Source: Eledone cirrhosa (taxonomy: Eukaryota). Taken from it: a stretch of 64,000 bases of DNA. Positions within the stretch are counted from its first letter, which is position 1. Each line of letters begins with the position of its first letter. Location of the stretch: positions 194,680,001-194,744,000 of the forward strand of contig OZ024740.1 in assembly GCA_964016885.1 (NCBI GenBank), given 5' to 3'. The notes beneath the pieces were generated by a model. That model was not told the DNA's origin and did no database searches. It was given only the letters and a program-made list of their open reading frames with translations. The translations under genes and the position numbers were made by a program. Positions 41,354 to 54,065 of the stretch are shown piece after piece.

Positions 41354-42291
41354 TGTGGCAATGTAGTAATATATAGTAAAAGCTCATCCTCTTTCTAAAC
41401 ACCTTTGATGTTGACATCTTACATATGCACAAAACTCCAAATTTGACGGAGGGTTATAGCTGTTAAAATCGACATCAATATTTGACAGGTACATTACAAA
41501 GATTAATTACAAAGCGTACCAGGCATTCTAACGATTCTGGTGGGGTGGGGAATAATCATGATGATGTTCCTGGATTTGGGGATTATGATGATGATAATGA
41601 TGATTCCGCCGGTATTATTGTTCAGTCTTACATTGGTTTTGGTTCACAAATCTCTGATCTAATTTATTTTTCCAGAGTTAGCGTAACCTTGATTATATTA
41701 TTCAATGTGTCCTTTTTAAAATAGTAGGATTTAGGTTGAGAAAGATTTAGGCTGTTATTTCTAACTGTTATAAGGACTACATAGACGCACTTTTAATTGA
41801 AAATGATAAAAAAGATTATTAGTACTAGAAGTAGTAGTAGCTGCAACAACTGCAATAAATTATAGCCTTTATGTCATGTCATCCTATGGTCATGCCAGGT
41901 TTATGATGGTGTCATTGTCTAGAATAATATTTGGCTTTTTTGTTGATTTTCTTTTAAATCTAGTAGAATTCATACAGTATCGGACATGAGTTCAAATCTT
42001 GCCGACGTTAACTTTGCCTTTTCTCATTCCAGAGGCTGTAAAATAAAATATCAGTGTGTGTGGAGCGAGGTGTACACACAAACAGACTATTATATGTATA
42101 ACTAAATGCATCAGGGTGGGCAAACTTTCTCATTACGAACTAGAGAACAGGCGGAAGAGAACTGTATGAATGAGGTTATATGTGGCTGAAACTATAGGGC
42201 TTGGTGTTGATGGTAGTGGTGGTGTGGAAGTGATGATAAGGAAAAGGGAGTGGGGGAAGAGAGATATCCTAGTGGTGTCGGTACTGATGAA

Positions 42292-42367
42292 AGAAGAAGA
42301 AGAAGAAGAAGAAGAAGAAGAAGAAGAAGAAGAAGAAGAAGAAGAAGAAGAAGAAGAAGAAGAAGAA
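42292..42367. repeat. (GAA)n microsatellite
   Basis: Direct reading, about 25 units. Confidence 0.97.
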
Positions 42368-43085
42368 ATGATGATAATGATGATGGTATGAGTGTTTAGT
42401 GAGCAGTCCCTTCCAGTTAATGAAGGTCGATGGAAGAATGTGATGTGATAAGATTTCAACTTATATCAGACGCCGCTGTGGGAATTATAAAAGTCAAAAG
42501 AATAATGGAATAAAAATGATGAACACATTAATGAGAACCAGTATTGCAAATGTGTGTGTGTGAGAGAGGGGGGAGTGAGACACAGATAGAAAGGGGAGTG
42601 AAAGGGCCTCCTATTATATCTTTAGGCGGAAAAGATTATTTTGAAATGTTAACAGTTTAGAATGAAGATTGAGAATAAAGAAATATATTTACTTGAAGAA
42701 TAAATTTCATGCATCAACAGAACAAATAAATGTTTTTAAATGCAGAAAAAAAGATACAGGGATAAACAAGGACAAGCACAGAATTTTAAACAATGACACA
42801 TAAATAAAAGATGTGTAAAATAATGAATAAATGTAGAAGAATAAAAATACAAACAATATTATTAAAAAGTTATAGAAAATAAGAAAAAAGACTGTCAGGT
42901 TTAATAAAAGACGCAATAGTAAGGAAATACATAATACATTGTAACAGATCAAAAGAGAAGATACGTCTAAAGGGCAAATGGAGTAAATTTATTGGAAAAA
43001 CATCTACTGAACTCAATACAAAGACAGTTGAAGTCATTGATATGTGTATATACACACGTACACACATACACATACATGTACATAT

Positions 43086-43118
<33 letters not shown>

Positions 43119-43121
43119 ATG

Positions 43122-43354
<233 letters not shown>

Positions 43355-43461
43355 CCACTCTACTACCCTAAGTATTGAGTACTTTGGTGCGTTATGGTCC
43401 ACCTGGTTCCTTAACACATTTCCTTCGTTATATATGTATGTATATATATATATATTTATAT

Positions 43462-43589
<128 letters not shown>

Positions 43590-43604
43590 ATATATATATA
43601 TATA

Positions 43605-44008
43605 ATGGAAGAGTACGGCAAAAATAGAGAGACGGCTGAACGCTTTCCACCAGCGATCCTTCGTGTGTCCTGGCGCGACCGAGTGCGAAACGAGGAGATC
43701 CTGCGGAGAGCCGAATCGTGGACGCTACAGAGAGTGGTCGCGGAGTGTCGGTGCCGTCTGGCTGGCCATGTTCTGCGTCTGCCAAATGAACGGCATTCGA
43801 AAACAGCGATGGACTGGACTCCGCCTGGCGGTAAACGGAGGCGGTGTTGCCCAAGTATCTCCTGGCGACGAAAGTTCCGGAAGGACCTGATGGCAGTCAA
43901 CATCACCTGGCACGGTCTCGAAAAAGTTGCCGTTGATCGTGACCGTTGGCGAGTACTTACTGCTCGATGCGCCGAACGGCGCGGAAGAATCTAAGACTAA
44001 GACTAAGA
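43605..44008 (+). mobile_element. RTE-clade LINE 3' fragment with (CTAAGA)3 tail
   Basis: [39 protein letters not shown]; tail followed by (CATA)n. Confidence 0.88.
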
Positions 44009-44081
44009 CATACATACATACATACATACATACATACATACATACATACATACATACATACATACATACATACATACATAC

Positions 44082-44232
44082 ATGGTGGCTGCCAACTCGT
44101 TTTCGAGTACGGCCACTACTTTATATCCATGTAGGAGAACCCCTACCGATGCGCTGAACGAGTGTGACTTTTTAGTCCAGCCATCAACTTGAAAACTCTG
44201 GTACAAACACTACACTTGTGACAATTATTGAC
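44082..44232 (+). mobile_element. Short variant of the 'ACAT element' 5' module, copy 4
   Basis: ATGGTGGCTGCCAACTCGTTTTCGAGTACGGCCAC between (ACAT)n arrays. Confidence 0.55.
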
Positions 44233-44305
44233 ACATACATACATACATACATACAGACAGACAGACAGACAGACAGACAGACGACAGACAGACAGACAGA
44301 TAGAC

Positions 44306-44838
44306 ATGATGGCTGCAAACTCTGCTAAGAGTATTGCAATCGCTTGTCAGATTATAGAGTTTGGTGCAATTTTAGGTTACGGCCGGTCACACAAACATGT
44401 AACATATCCTGAACAAGCAATGCCTGTGCTTTGAAGGTTTTTTTAAGGCCTTGCACTCGAACAATCGCACTCTCTGAGCTTCGAAAACACTAACCGAAAA
44501 GGAGAACTGGTCAACATCATCGGATGCTTCCGAAGCCGCAGGGTTTTTTTTTTCACGGCTTCTCTCTCCTAGAAAGGTGTATTGAAAACAACTGGGGAGG
44601 GCGGGGGGCTTTCAATCCAAGGTGAAATTTTAAAAAGAGTACTATTTGGATGGCCGTTGACTCTGTTGAGTGTCCTCCGCCCTTTGCTGGGTCTTGTATT
44701 TCATACCGCAGGGAGTCCAAATATCACCCTCCTTACCAAGCAAGCTTGGTGGCGTTGCCGATTTAATCGCTGACGACCCGACCATGAGACAGGTTGTACT
44801 GGGTTACATGTTACCAGTAGCACTTGAGAGCAACCTGA
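44306..44838 (+). mobile_element. Complete structured non-coding repeat ('ACAT element'), copy 5
   Basis: acat|GATGGCTGC ... GCAACCTG|acatacatacataca; all blocks shared with copies 1-3. Confidence 0.75.
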
Positions 44839-45016
44839 CATACATACATACAATTTTTCTCCTATGACCCTATTTAACTATAAACAAAATATGTTCTACC
44901 AACAGACCAACATGTAGATTGTGAGTAAATATATTTTCATAATTCAATTACCTCTGTATTTCCTTGCAATTGTTTTATATTTTTATAATTGGTCGAGATC
45001 TAACAAGTAACAAATC

Positions 45017-45056
<40 letters not shown>

Positions 45057-45258
45057 CATTTCTGAATTTGTTTAGCAACATTCTTTATCTGAAATCGTGT
45101 GTTGAAACCGATATTGTTATACTTTGGGAGGGTCATGTTGCCAATAAGAAACACACGCACCAGTTGCTTTCACTTCAATTTATTATAATAAATTTATAAT
45201 AAATTTATAAATTTCTGGTTGGTTGGTTGGTTCCACAACCAGATAGTTGTTTATATAT

Positions 45259-45303
45259 AGTCATAGTTCTTTCCTCACACACTCTGTGACCTCTTCAGTG
45301 ACT
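45259..45303 (-). ncRNA. Minimal type I hammerhead in pLTR
   Basis: Reverse complement of 51324-51368. Confidence 0.7.
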
Positions 45304-45492
45304 GGGGATTCCTTTCTTTGTTTCTGTGCCTCTCCTTTGTTCTGTCCTACGCCATTTTGTTTCTGCGTGTGTGTTGTGTGCTCAGTCTGCGCATGCGACA
45401 CATCCGGGTGTCTGTGTGTGTTTATGTTCATTTATTTATTTGTTTATTTACATGTTACTGGTTGGTTGTTTGTTCTATGTGTGTGTGTGTTT

Positions 45493-47784
45493 TCATTTTG
45501 TCCTTAATTGTAAGTTCCACTCATATTTTCTATTTAATTTTGGTTGTAATTCTTTTATGTTTATTGCCTCTGTAATTTGTCTAAACATTGCGTCTTTTCT
45601 GTGTGTAGATTCTATTTTTATTTCTATGTTCTCTAATTTACCCTTGTGTTCTATTTTAGCATGTTGGTAGAGTACAGATGATTCTTTACTATCTTGAAGG
45701 TCTCGCCAGTATTCATTTATCCGTTCCCCTACACTACGAGCTGTCTCACCTATGTACACTATATTTTTGTCTCTACATTGTCCTTCAGTACATCTTATGC
45801 TATACACTACATTTCTAGTTTTAACGTTAATATGGGGGCTTATTTTACAGGTTATACATTTCTTATCTATACATGAGGGTCTTTGAAAAGGGTATGTCTT
45901 GCTAATAAGTGTTTTTACGGAGGTACCTGGTCTTTCTACTATCTTAATATTGAGTTTATGTTTATTTAGGGCCCTTCTAAATTTGTAAGCTAATTCACCG
46001 CTAGGGGTTGTATCGATGAACATTACACTCTGGTATTTATTGCTATCATACCATGAGTTTATTCTATTAGCCTTGTTCCTAGTTCTTTCTATTCTATTCC
46101 AAAATTTGCTCCAATACAAGGGGCAGGTCCCATTTATGTCATTATTTACCATTTTTTCCCATTTAGTTCTGGCTCCTCTATACACTCTGATTTTATCTCT
46201 CTGATTGTAGCCAGAGAACTGCATACGGTGGATGAAGTGTTGTATGTGTCTCTCTAGTTCTTCGGGGTTGCACATGCGGGACACGTTTCTCATCACCCGT
46301 ACCAAATCCGCAATCAGTATGTTGATTTTGGTATGGTCCGAGACGGCCGAGTTTCGGTGGATCAGATGTTTGGAAGTCATGGGTTTGGCATAATGGGAAT
46401 GCAGGATTTGTTTTTTGTTATTAATGGTATCTAACCAGAGCTCTGTGTCTAGTACAGGTAATCGATGGTTGGGGTGTTTACGTGGGTAGTCTATAGTAAC
46501 TCTAATGCATTGGTGGATGGAGTTAGCTATTTGCTGGATGCTTTCCATTGTGTTCTTCTCTAGTTCCTGACTGTTCTCTAGTGGGGGTGTCTTAACTACG
46601 AAGTTTATATCATCAACGTAGCGGGAGTACATTATCAGGGTTAAGGGGTCTTCTAATTGTTCTTTAAGTTTAAGTTTAAGTCTACTGTCCCACCATACCA
46701 TGAATAAGTTAGCTATGTCGCCTGCAATGCTAACACCAATGGCTGCTCCTTCCTCTTGGGCATATGTTTTTCCATTAAATTTGAACATATGTTCCTTAAG
46801 GGTTAGTTTTATGCTGGCCCCTACCGCATGTGCAATCATTTTCTTCAGTTCATCGTGGTTTTCGGGTGTCCGTATGGCTCTGGTCCACCCGTTCCATCTA
46901 TCTGTGTCGGTTTTCTTGGCCATTGAGGTAATGGTAGGTGGTCTGCCTCTTGCTGGTCTTGTAGGGCACAGGTTGCTAAGGTCATATGTGTCTAGGTAAT
47001 TATTACTATATTTAAGTTTAAGCAGGAGTCCCAGCTCACTGGTATCAATCCCACGGAACTCAACATTGCTCTCACTGATCATTTCTACGCATTTCTCCAC
47101 AGCAAAATCCACGTCAATAGATGGGTACAGGGACACAACATCCATACTACCTATTATGCAGTTTGTTAGGTTCCTAGATCGGTTACTCACGCCGATTCTG
47201 CTGAGGAGGTCCTCCGTGCTGTCACATACATCTGGGGACATTTCAATGATGGAGCGTATGATCAGGGAGAGGAAGTAGGACAGTCTGTAGTTACTAGCAA
47301 TGTTAGCTCCACAGACTGGCCGTGTTGGTGGTCCCGCGACAGGGTCACTGCCCGTTTTATGGTCTTTTCGAAGCCCATACAACGCCGGCACGTCATTGTT
47401 CCAGGCCTGGAAGTTGTTGGCAGTCCTTTTGTTGAGCTGCATTATATTCTTCCACATCACCATATGGGCATTGAGGGCTTTTTCTCTATCCTCATGCTCC
47501 TGTGGTGTTACTTCTCTTGTGTTAGTGATGTGGGGTTGCATTGCCTGGATGTAGTTTGGCAGGCTGTCAACCGACATTCTGTTAGACTTGTCTGTTGGAA
47601 AGCATGCTATCTCTCCATTACGCGAGCGCTGCATGAGCTTACGCAAGCCATTTGCAGATTTTTCTCCCAGTTGCTGGGCCTCCATTCTATTATGCTTCTT
47701 GCTATACTGTTCTATAATATTTCTAAGTTCGGATCTAGCTATACTAAATTGTGCTTCTGTTTGTTCATCGACCTGCGACGGCAA
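45493..47784 (-). CDS. Penelope-like reverse transcriptase + GIY-YIG endonuclease (partial, uninterrupted 763 aa; possibly Naiad-type)
   Basis: LYGLRKDHK, RPVCGA, GSMDVVSLYPSID, GAAIGVSIAGDIANLFMVWWD, SRYVDD, CxxxxCxxC linker, VVYSIRC..VYIGETARS, EAINI..PKLN. Clade call is from remembered motifs only. Confidence 0.92.
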   Translation of the reverse strand: MPSQVDEQTEAQFSIARSELRNIIEQYSKKHNRMEAQQLGEKSANGLRKLMQRSRNGEIACFPTDKSNRMSVDSLPNYIQAMQPHITNTREVTPQEHEDREKALNAHMVMWKNIMQLNKRTANNFQAWNNDVPALYGLRKDHKTGSDPVAGPPTRPVCGANIASNYRLSYFLSLIIRSIIEMSPDVCDSTEDLLSRIGVSNRSRNLTNCIIGSMDVVSLYPSIDVDFAVEKCVEMISESNVEFRGIDTSELGLLLKLKYSNNYLDTYDLSNLCPTRPARGRPPTITSMAKKTDTDRWNGWTRAIRTPENHDELKKMIAHAVGASIKLTLKEHMFKFNGKTYAQEEGAAIGVSIAGDIANLFMVWWDSRLKLKLKEQLEDPLTLIMYSRYVDDINFVVKTPPLENSQELEKNTMESIQQIANSIHQCIRVTIDYPRKHPNHRLPVLDTELWLDTINNKKQILHSHYAKPMTSKHLIHRNSAVSDHTKINILIADLVRVMRNVSRMCNPEELERHIQHFIHRMQFSGYNQRDKIRVYRGARTKWEKMVNNDINGTCPLYWSKFWNRIERTRNKANRINSWYDSNKYQSVMFIDTTPSGELAYKFRRALNKHKLNIKIVERPGTSVKTLISKTYPFQRPSCIDKKCITCKISPHINVKTRNVVYSIRCTEGQCRDKNIVYIGETARSVGERINEYWRDLQDSKESSVLYQHAKIEHKGKLENIEIKIESTHRKDAMFRQITEAINIKELQPKLNRKYEWNLQLRTK

Positions 47785-48399
47785 TTGCGTGCGTTTGTTA
47801 AATGGTAGAGTCGTGGCGTGGACTCGTCGCAGGTCGAACGATTTATCGGAGGGATTATAAAACGTAGAGTTCCAGGCTGCTGCTTTATGTGTACTAGTGC
47901 TATTGTTATTGTTAGTTGTGTTGTTTCTATTTCTATTTCCATCAACAGCCTCATGGTTGTTTCAATGTCTCTCATAATTACTCCTGTCTCTTTCCACTGG
48001 CTCATTGTTGTTATCTACCCTATTTTGTGTGTCTGTGTGTTCGCTTGGTTATTTTCTTTGTCCTTAGTCTCCCTTCTCCTTTTAATCCTATTGCTTTCCC
48101 TTATTTCTGTGATTTCTGTGCTACTGTCATTACTTGTTCTCTGTGTCTGTGTGTTTGTTAAGATTGTGGTGGTGGTGGGAGGCATTGAATGTGTGTGTGT
48201 TGTTGTTATTGTTGTTTGTGTCTGTGTGTCTGTTGTTGTTGGGATGTGTGTTGTATATGTGTGTGCGTATATTGTTGCTTTTGTTTTTGTTTTTGTTTTT
48301 GAGGCTCCAGCGTAGTTTTGTAAATGATTTTTCTATTTCTGACAGACAACTAATCATGGGTTTGGCATAATGGGAATGGAGGATTTGTTTTTTGTTATT

Positions 48400-51300
48400 A
48401 ACAACAGCACACATCAACAACAACAACACACACACATTCAATGCCTCCCACCACCACCACAATCTTAACAAACACACAGACACAGAGAACAAGTAATGAC
48501 AGTAGCACAGAAATCACAGAAATAAGGGAAAGCAATAGGATTAAAAGGAGAAGGGAGACTAAGGACAAGGAAAATAACCAAGACGAACACACAGACACAC
48601 AAAATAGGGTAGATAACAACAATGAGCCAGTGGAAAGAGACATGAGTAATTATGAGAGACATTGAAACAACCATGAGGCTGTTGGTGGAAATAGAAATAG
48701 AAACAACACAACTAACAATAACAATAGCACTAGTACACATAAAGCAGCAGCCTGGAACTCTACGTTTTATAATCCCTCCGATAAATCGTTCGACCTGCGA
48801 CGAGTCCACGCCACGACTCTACCATTTAACAAACGCACGCAATTGCCGTCGCAGGTCGATGAACAAACAGAAGCACAATTTAGTATAGCTAGATCCGAAC
48901 TTAGAAATATTATAGAACAGTATAGCAAGAAGCATAATAGAATGGAGGCCCAGCAACTGGGAGAAGAATCTGCAAATGGCTTGCGTAAGCTCATGCAGCG
49001 CTCACGTAATGGAGATATAGCATGCTTTCCAACAGACATGTCTGGCAGAATGTCGGTTGACAGCCTGCCAAACTACATCCAGGCAATGCAACCCCACATC
49101 ACTAACACAAGAGAGGTAACACCACAGGAGCATGAGGATAGAGAAAAAGCCCTCAATGCCCATATGGTGATGTGGACGAATATAATGCAGCCCAACAAAA
49201 GGACTGCCAACAGCTTCCAGGCCTGGAACAATGACGTGCCGGCGTTGTATGGGCTTCGAAAAGACCATAAAACGGGCAGTGACCCTGTCGCGGGACCACC
49301 AACACGGCCAGTCTGTGGAGCTAACATTGCTAGTAACTACAGACTGTCCTACTTCCTCTCCCTGATCATACGCCCCATCATTCAAATGTCCCCAGATGTA
49401 TGTGACAGCACGGAGGACCTCCTCAGCAGAATCGGCGTGAGTAACCGATCTAGGGACCTAACAAACTGCATAATAGGTAGTATGGATGTTGTGTCCCTGT
49501 ACCCATCTATTGACGTGGATTTTGCTGTGGAGAAATGCGTAGAAATGATCAGTGAGAGCAATGTTGAGTTCCGTGGGATTGATACCAGTGAGCTGGGACT
49601 CCTACTTAAACTTACCTATAGTAATAATTACCTAGACACATATGACCTTAGCAACCTGTGCCCTACAAGACCAGCAAGAGGCAGACCACCTACCATTACC
49701 TCAATGGCCAAGAAAACCGACACAGATAGATGGAACGGGTGGACCAGAGCCATACGGACACCCGAAAACCACGATGAACTGAAGAAAATGATTGCACATG
49801 CGGTAGGGGCCAGCATAAAACTAACCCTTAAGGAACATATGTTCAAATTTAATGGAAAAACATATGCCTAAGAGGAAGGAGCAGCCATTGGTGTTAGCAT
49901 TGCAGGCGACATAGCTAACTTATTCATGGTATGGTGGGACAGTAGACTTAAACTTAAACTTAAAGAACAATTAGAAGACCTCTTAACCCTGATAATGTAC
50001 TCCCGCTACGTTGATGATATAAACATCGTAGTTAAGACACCCCCACTAGAGAACAGTCAGGAACTAGAGAAGAACACAATGGAAAGCATCCAGCAAATAG
50101 CTAACTCCATCCACCAATGCATTAGAGTTACTATAGACTACCCAAGTAAACACCCCAACCATCGATTACCTGTACTAGACACAGAGCTCTGGTTAGATAC
50201 CATTAATAACAAAAAACAAATCCTGCATTCCCATTATGCCAAACCCATGACTTCCAAACATCTGATCCACCGAAACTCGGCCGTCTCGGACCATACCAAA
50301 ATCAACATACTGATTGCGGATTTGGTACGGGTGATGAGAAACGTGTCTCGCATGTGCAACCCCAAAGAACTAGAGAGACACATACAACACTTCATCCACC
50401 GTATGCAGTTCTCTGGCTACAATCAGAGAGATAAAATCAGAGTGTATAGAGGAGCCAGAACTAAATGGGAAAAAATGGTAAATAATGACATAAATGGGAC
50501 CTGCCCCTTGTATAGGAGCAAATTTTGGAATAGAATAGAAAGAACTAGGAACAAGGCTAATAGAATAAACTCATGGTATGATAGCAATAAATACCAGAGT
50601 GTAATGTTCATCGATACAACCCCTAGCGGTGAATTAGCTTACAAATTTAGAAGGGCCCTAAATAAACATAAACTCAATATTAAGATAGTAGAAAGACCAG
50701 GTACCTCCGTAAAAACACTTATTAGCAAGACATACCCTTTTCAAAGACCCTCGTGTATAGATAAGAAATGTATAACCTGTAAAATAAGCCCCCATATTAA
50801 CGTTAAAACTAGAAATGTAGTGTATAGCATAAGATGTACTGAAGGACAATGTAGAGACAAAAATATAGTGTACATAGGTGAGACAGCTCGTAGTGTAGGG
50901 GAACGGATAAATGAATACTGGCGAGACCTTCAAGATAGTAAAGAATCATCTGTACTCTACCAACATGCTAAAATAGAACACAAGGGTAAATTAGAGAACA
51001 TAGAAATAAAAATAGAATCTACACACAGAAAAGACGCAATGTTTAGACAAATTACAGAGGCAATAAACATAAAAGAATTACAACCAAAATTAAATAGAAA
51101 ATATGAGTGGAACTTACAATTAAGGACAAAATGAAAACACACACACACATAGAACAAACAACCAACCAGTAACATGTAAATAAACAAATAAATAAATGAA
51201 CATAAACACACACAGACACCCGGATGTGTCGCATGCGCAGACTGAGCACACAACACACACGCAGAAACAAAATGGCGTAGGACAGAACAAAGGAGAGGCA

Positions 51301-51515
51301 CAGAAACAAAGAAAGGAATCCCCAGTCACTGAAGAGGTCACAGAGTGTGTGAGGAAAGAACTATGACTATATATAAACAACTATCTGGTTGTGGAACCAA
51401 CCAACCAACCAGAAATTTATAAATTTATTATAAATTTATTATAATAAATTGAAGTGAAAGCAACTGGTGCGTGTGTTTCTTATTGGCAACATCACCCTCC
51501 CAAAGTATAACAATA
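48400..51515 (+). mobile_element. Young Penelope-like element, right arm of the palindrome
   Basis: ORFs 48843-49871 and 49926-51134 are the same frame split by TAA at 49869-49871; near-identical to the left arm; ends AACAATA into (TA)n. Confidence 0.95.
51324..51368 (+). ncRNA. Minimal type I hammerhead in pLTR
   Basis: agtca-CTGAAGA-gg-tcac(agagtgt)gtga-g-GAAA-g(aa)CTA-tgact. Confidence 0.7.
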
Positions 51516-51959
51516 TATATATATATATATATTAATTAACCACTTAACTACAATCCCGCACGGAATATGGTATTCTATAGTCGTGCGTCATCATGTCTAG
51601 TGGCTTGATCTGTTTGCTAGAATATAGCAGTCGTTGTCCGTGACAATAAGTAGCCATTTGGCTTCTTTGGCCCTCCGCTACTACGTCGAGAGCCACCGTT
51701 GATAAAGCGATATAATTAAGGGTCTGCACATTTTGCACTGTGCAGTCACGGAAAAAGGCAAGTCACAAATGCACTTATTTGATCAGTCGATATCGAAACT
51801 ACGGGAAAACGTGCAATTACCCTCATTGCAAATAACATTTCGTAAGCAATCTGTATACATATTTACGAGTGTAATACATTTAAATCTTATCTTATTGAGT
51901 GAATAATGAGACTAACGGGGTGATAGTGAATATTTTCCCTATGATCCTGTTTAACTATA

Positions 51960-52081
<122 letters not shown>

Positions 52082-52163
52082 TACACAACACAACAAGGCA
52101 AGATATATCAATGCATACTCACACACAGAAACGACAAGATCTGAGCCGTTGGACCCTGAATCA

Positions 52164-52199
<36 letters not shown>

Positions 52200-52242
52200 A
52201 AAGAAATCAAAGAACGCCTACATGCTCATACAATTTTTATTT

Positions 52243-52287
52243 GCTGACAATGTTTCATCCATACCATGGGGCAGGAATCATCAGAGC
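52243..52287 (-). ncRNA. Type I hammerhead motif
   Basis: Minus strand gct-CTGATGA-ttcctgcc(ccat)ggtatggat-GAAA-catt-GTC-agc, in an island between (TA)n tracts. Confidence 0.72.
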
Positions 52288-52469
52288 TTTTTAAACAAAA
52301 ATACGGAAATTGAAAGGATGGAGAGTATGCGTAATGGGGTTGTTATTCAACATTATAACTACATATGAGGATATAGGCAGATTTTCTCACAAGAGACGAA
52401 GGCACGTGAGGCCACACAGAAACAAATAAAGCATTTAACGATAGTTAAAAATGACCCTGTTTAACTATA

Positions 52470-52506
<37 letters not shown>

Positions 52507-53590
52507 TGATTCAGGGCCCAAGGCTGAGAACTTGTTGTTTCCGCGTGTGAGTATGCATTGATATATCTTGCCTTTTCATAAACTGGTAACATGATATAGT
52601 TAGGACACTGTTATTAGGAAACTACTTAGGGAAATATAAATTCATAAGAGACCAACGTGCCAGCTTTAATAATATCAGGTAGGGGGAGACATGGCCAGAA
52701 GGGAACCGAATACAGCAGAATGAACTCTACCTAAACGCCCTAGGCTAACTCCTATTTTATCACATTGTTCATCACATTTCCTCATATATAATTCCTTGTC
52801 TTTTTTCTGCATTAAGATTTATGCCCCATGCAATTGTGTTTTCCCAAAATTCGCTAATGGAAGTTGTTTTCAAATATTTACTCTCTGTTGACATGTAACA
52901 ATCATGTTGAATGTACAGGTTAATGTTGATGGATGTCTCATTAACTACTAATTAAGAGATAAAGATAAACCTCAGAGTGAATAATGTATGATTAATAGAT
53001 TGCATTGCCTTATATAAGTACGTACATATGTAAGCATATATATGTATATAAGTACGTACATATGTATGCATATATATATATATACAGGTTGTCCCCCAAA
53101 AATGTATACACATTTTGATTATTTGCTGTTGAAGTACATGTTTTCAGACTACCTATATATATATATATATATATGCGCGTGTGTGTGGGTTGTATGTATG
53201 CATATGCGTGTGTGTTTACATACATATAAATGCACGCAATATCTAGTTTTTATGTCGGAAAACATTTTAACTTCCCGTGTCTTTTTGACATTCAGTTATA
53301 AAACCTAATAATAGACAAAACAATAACAACCACCAACAACAAAAAACACCAACTACTACTACTACTAATAATAATAATGACGATACAACTATTACTACTA
53401 TTGCTAATGTTCCTTTATAACTTTACAATAATTTCATATTTATATATCTTTTCCCACAATATAAAGACATTCAGACTATTTTTTCGTTAGATACCTTGAG
53501 GCCTTCAGTAAACACAATCAAGCCAAATTTAACTTTAACAATATACTTTCCGTTGTTATCTCTTCCCATACAAACACACACACACACACG

Positions 53591-53628
<38 letters not shown>

Positions 53629-53743
53629 TCTGCTGTTGTTAGCAGCTTTTAAACCGTAAGCATTACCATGCACATGGTTGCATAACCACACATGTGCTAC
53701 CACGTTATCATACGCAGACGCAAACAAATGTACAAACACACAT

Positions 53744-53792
<49 letters not shown>

Positions 53793-54065
53793 TGTGTGTG
53801 TGTGTGTGTGTGTTTGTGCACACGTACTAACACACATACGCGCACGCTCACACACAGACATTACGATTATATATATATATTTATATATATATAAATCTGA
53901 GCTTTTCGAATATTGATAATAATATTCGATTCGTTTGCAATTATGCAAACCGCCCCTTTAAGCTATGGTAAGTAAGTAGAATGACCCCATCATTCTTGCT
54001 CTTGTGTTGCTCTGATCGGCTTGATTCGAATATATATATACATACATACATATATATATATATAT

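Larger units (their letters stand above)
45052..48357 (-). mobile_element. Young Penelope-like element, left arm of the 6.5-kb palindrome
   Basis: Contains the 763-aa RT + GIY-YIG ORF, 3' UTR with hammerhead and pLTR run-on; 5'-truncated within the N-terminal domain. Confidence 0.95.

Noticed and set aside
42170-42391. Poly-Glu / poly-Ser ORFs
   Set aside because: Frames of a (GAA)n array with no domain or splice context.
45052-51515. Palindrome as a pure assembly fold-back artefact
   Set aside because: Arms differ by substitutions, indels and end points, and the centre has an asymmetric filler; read confirmation is still desirable.
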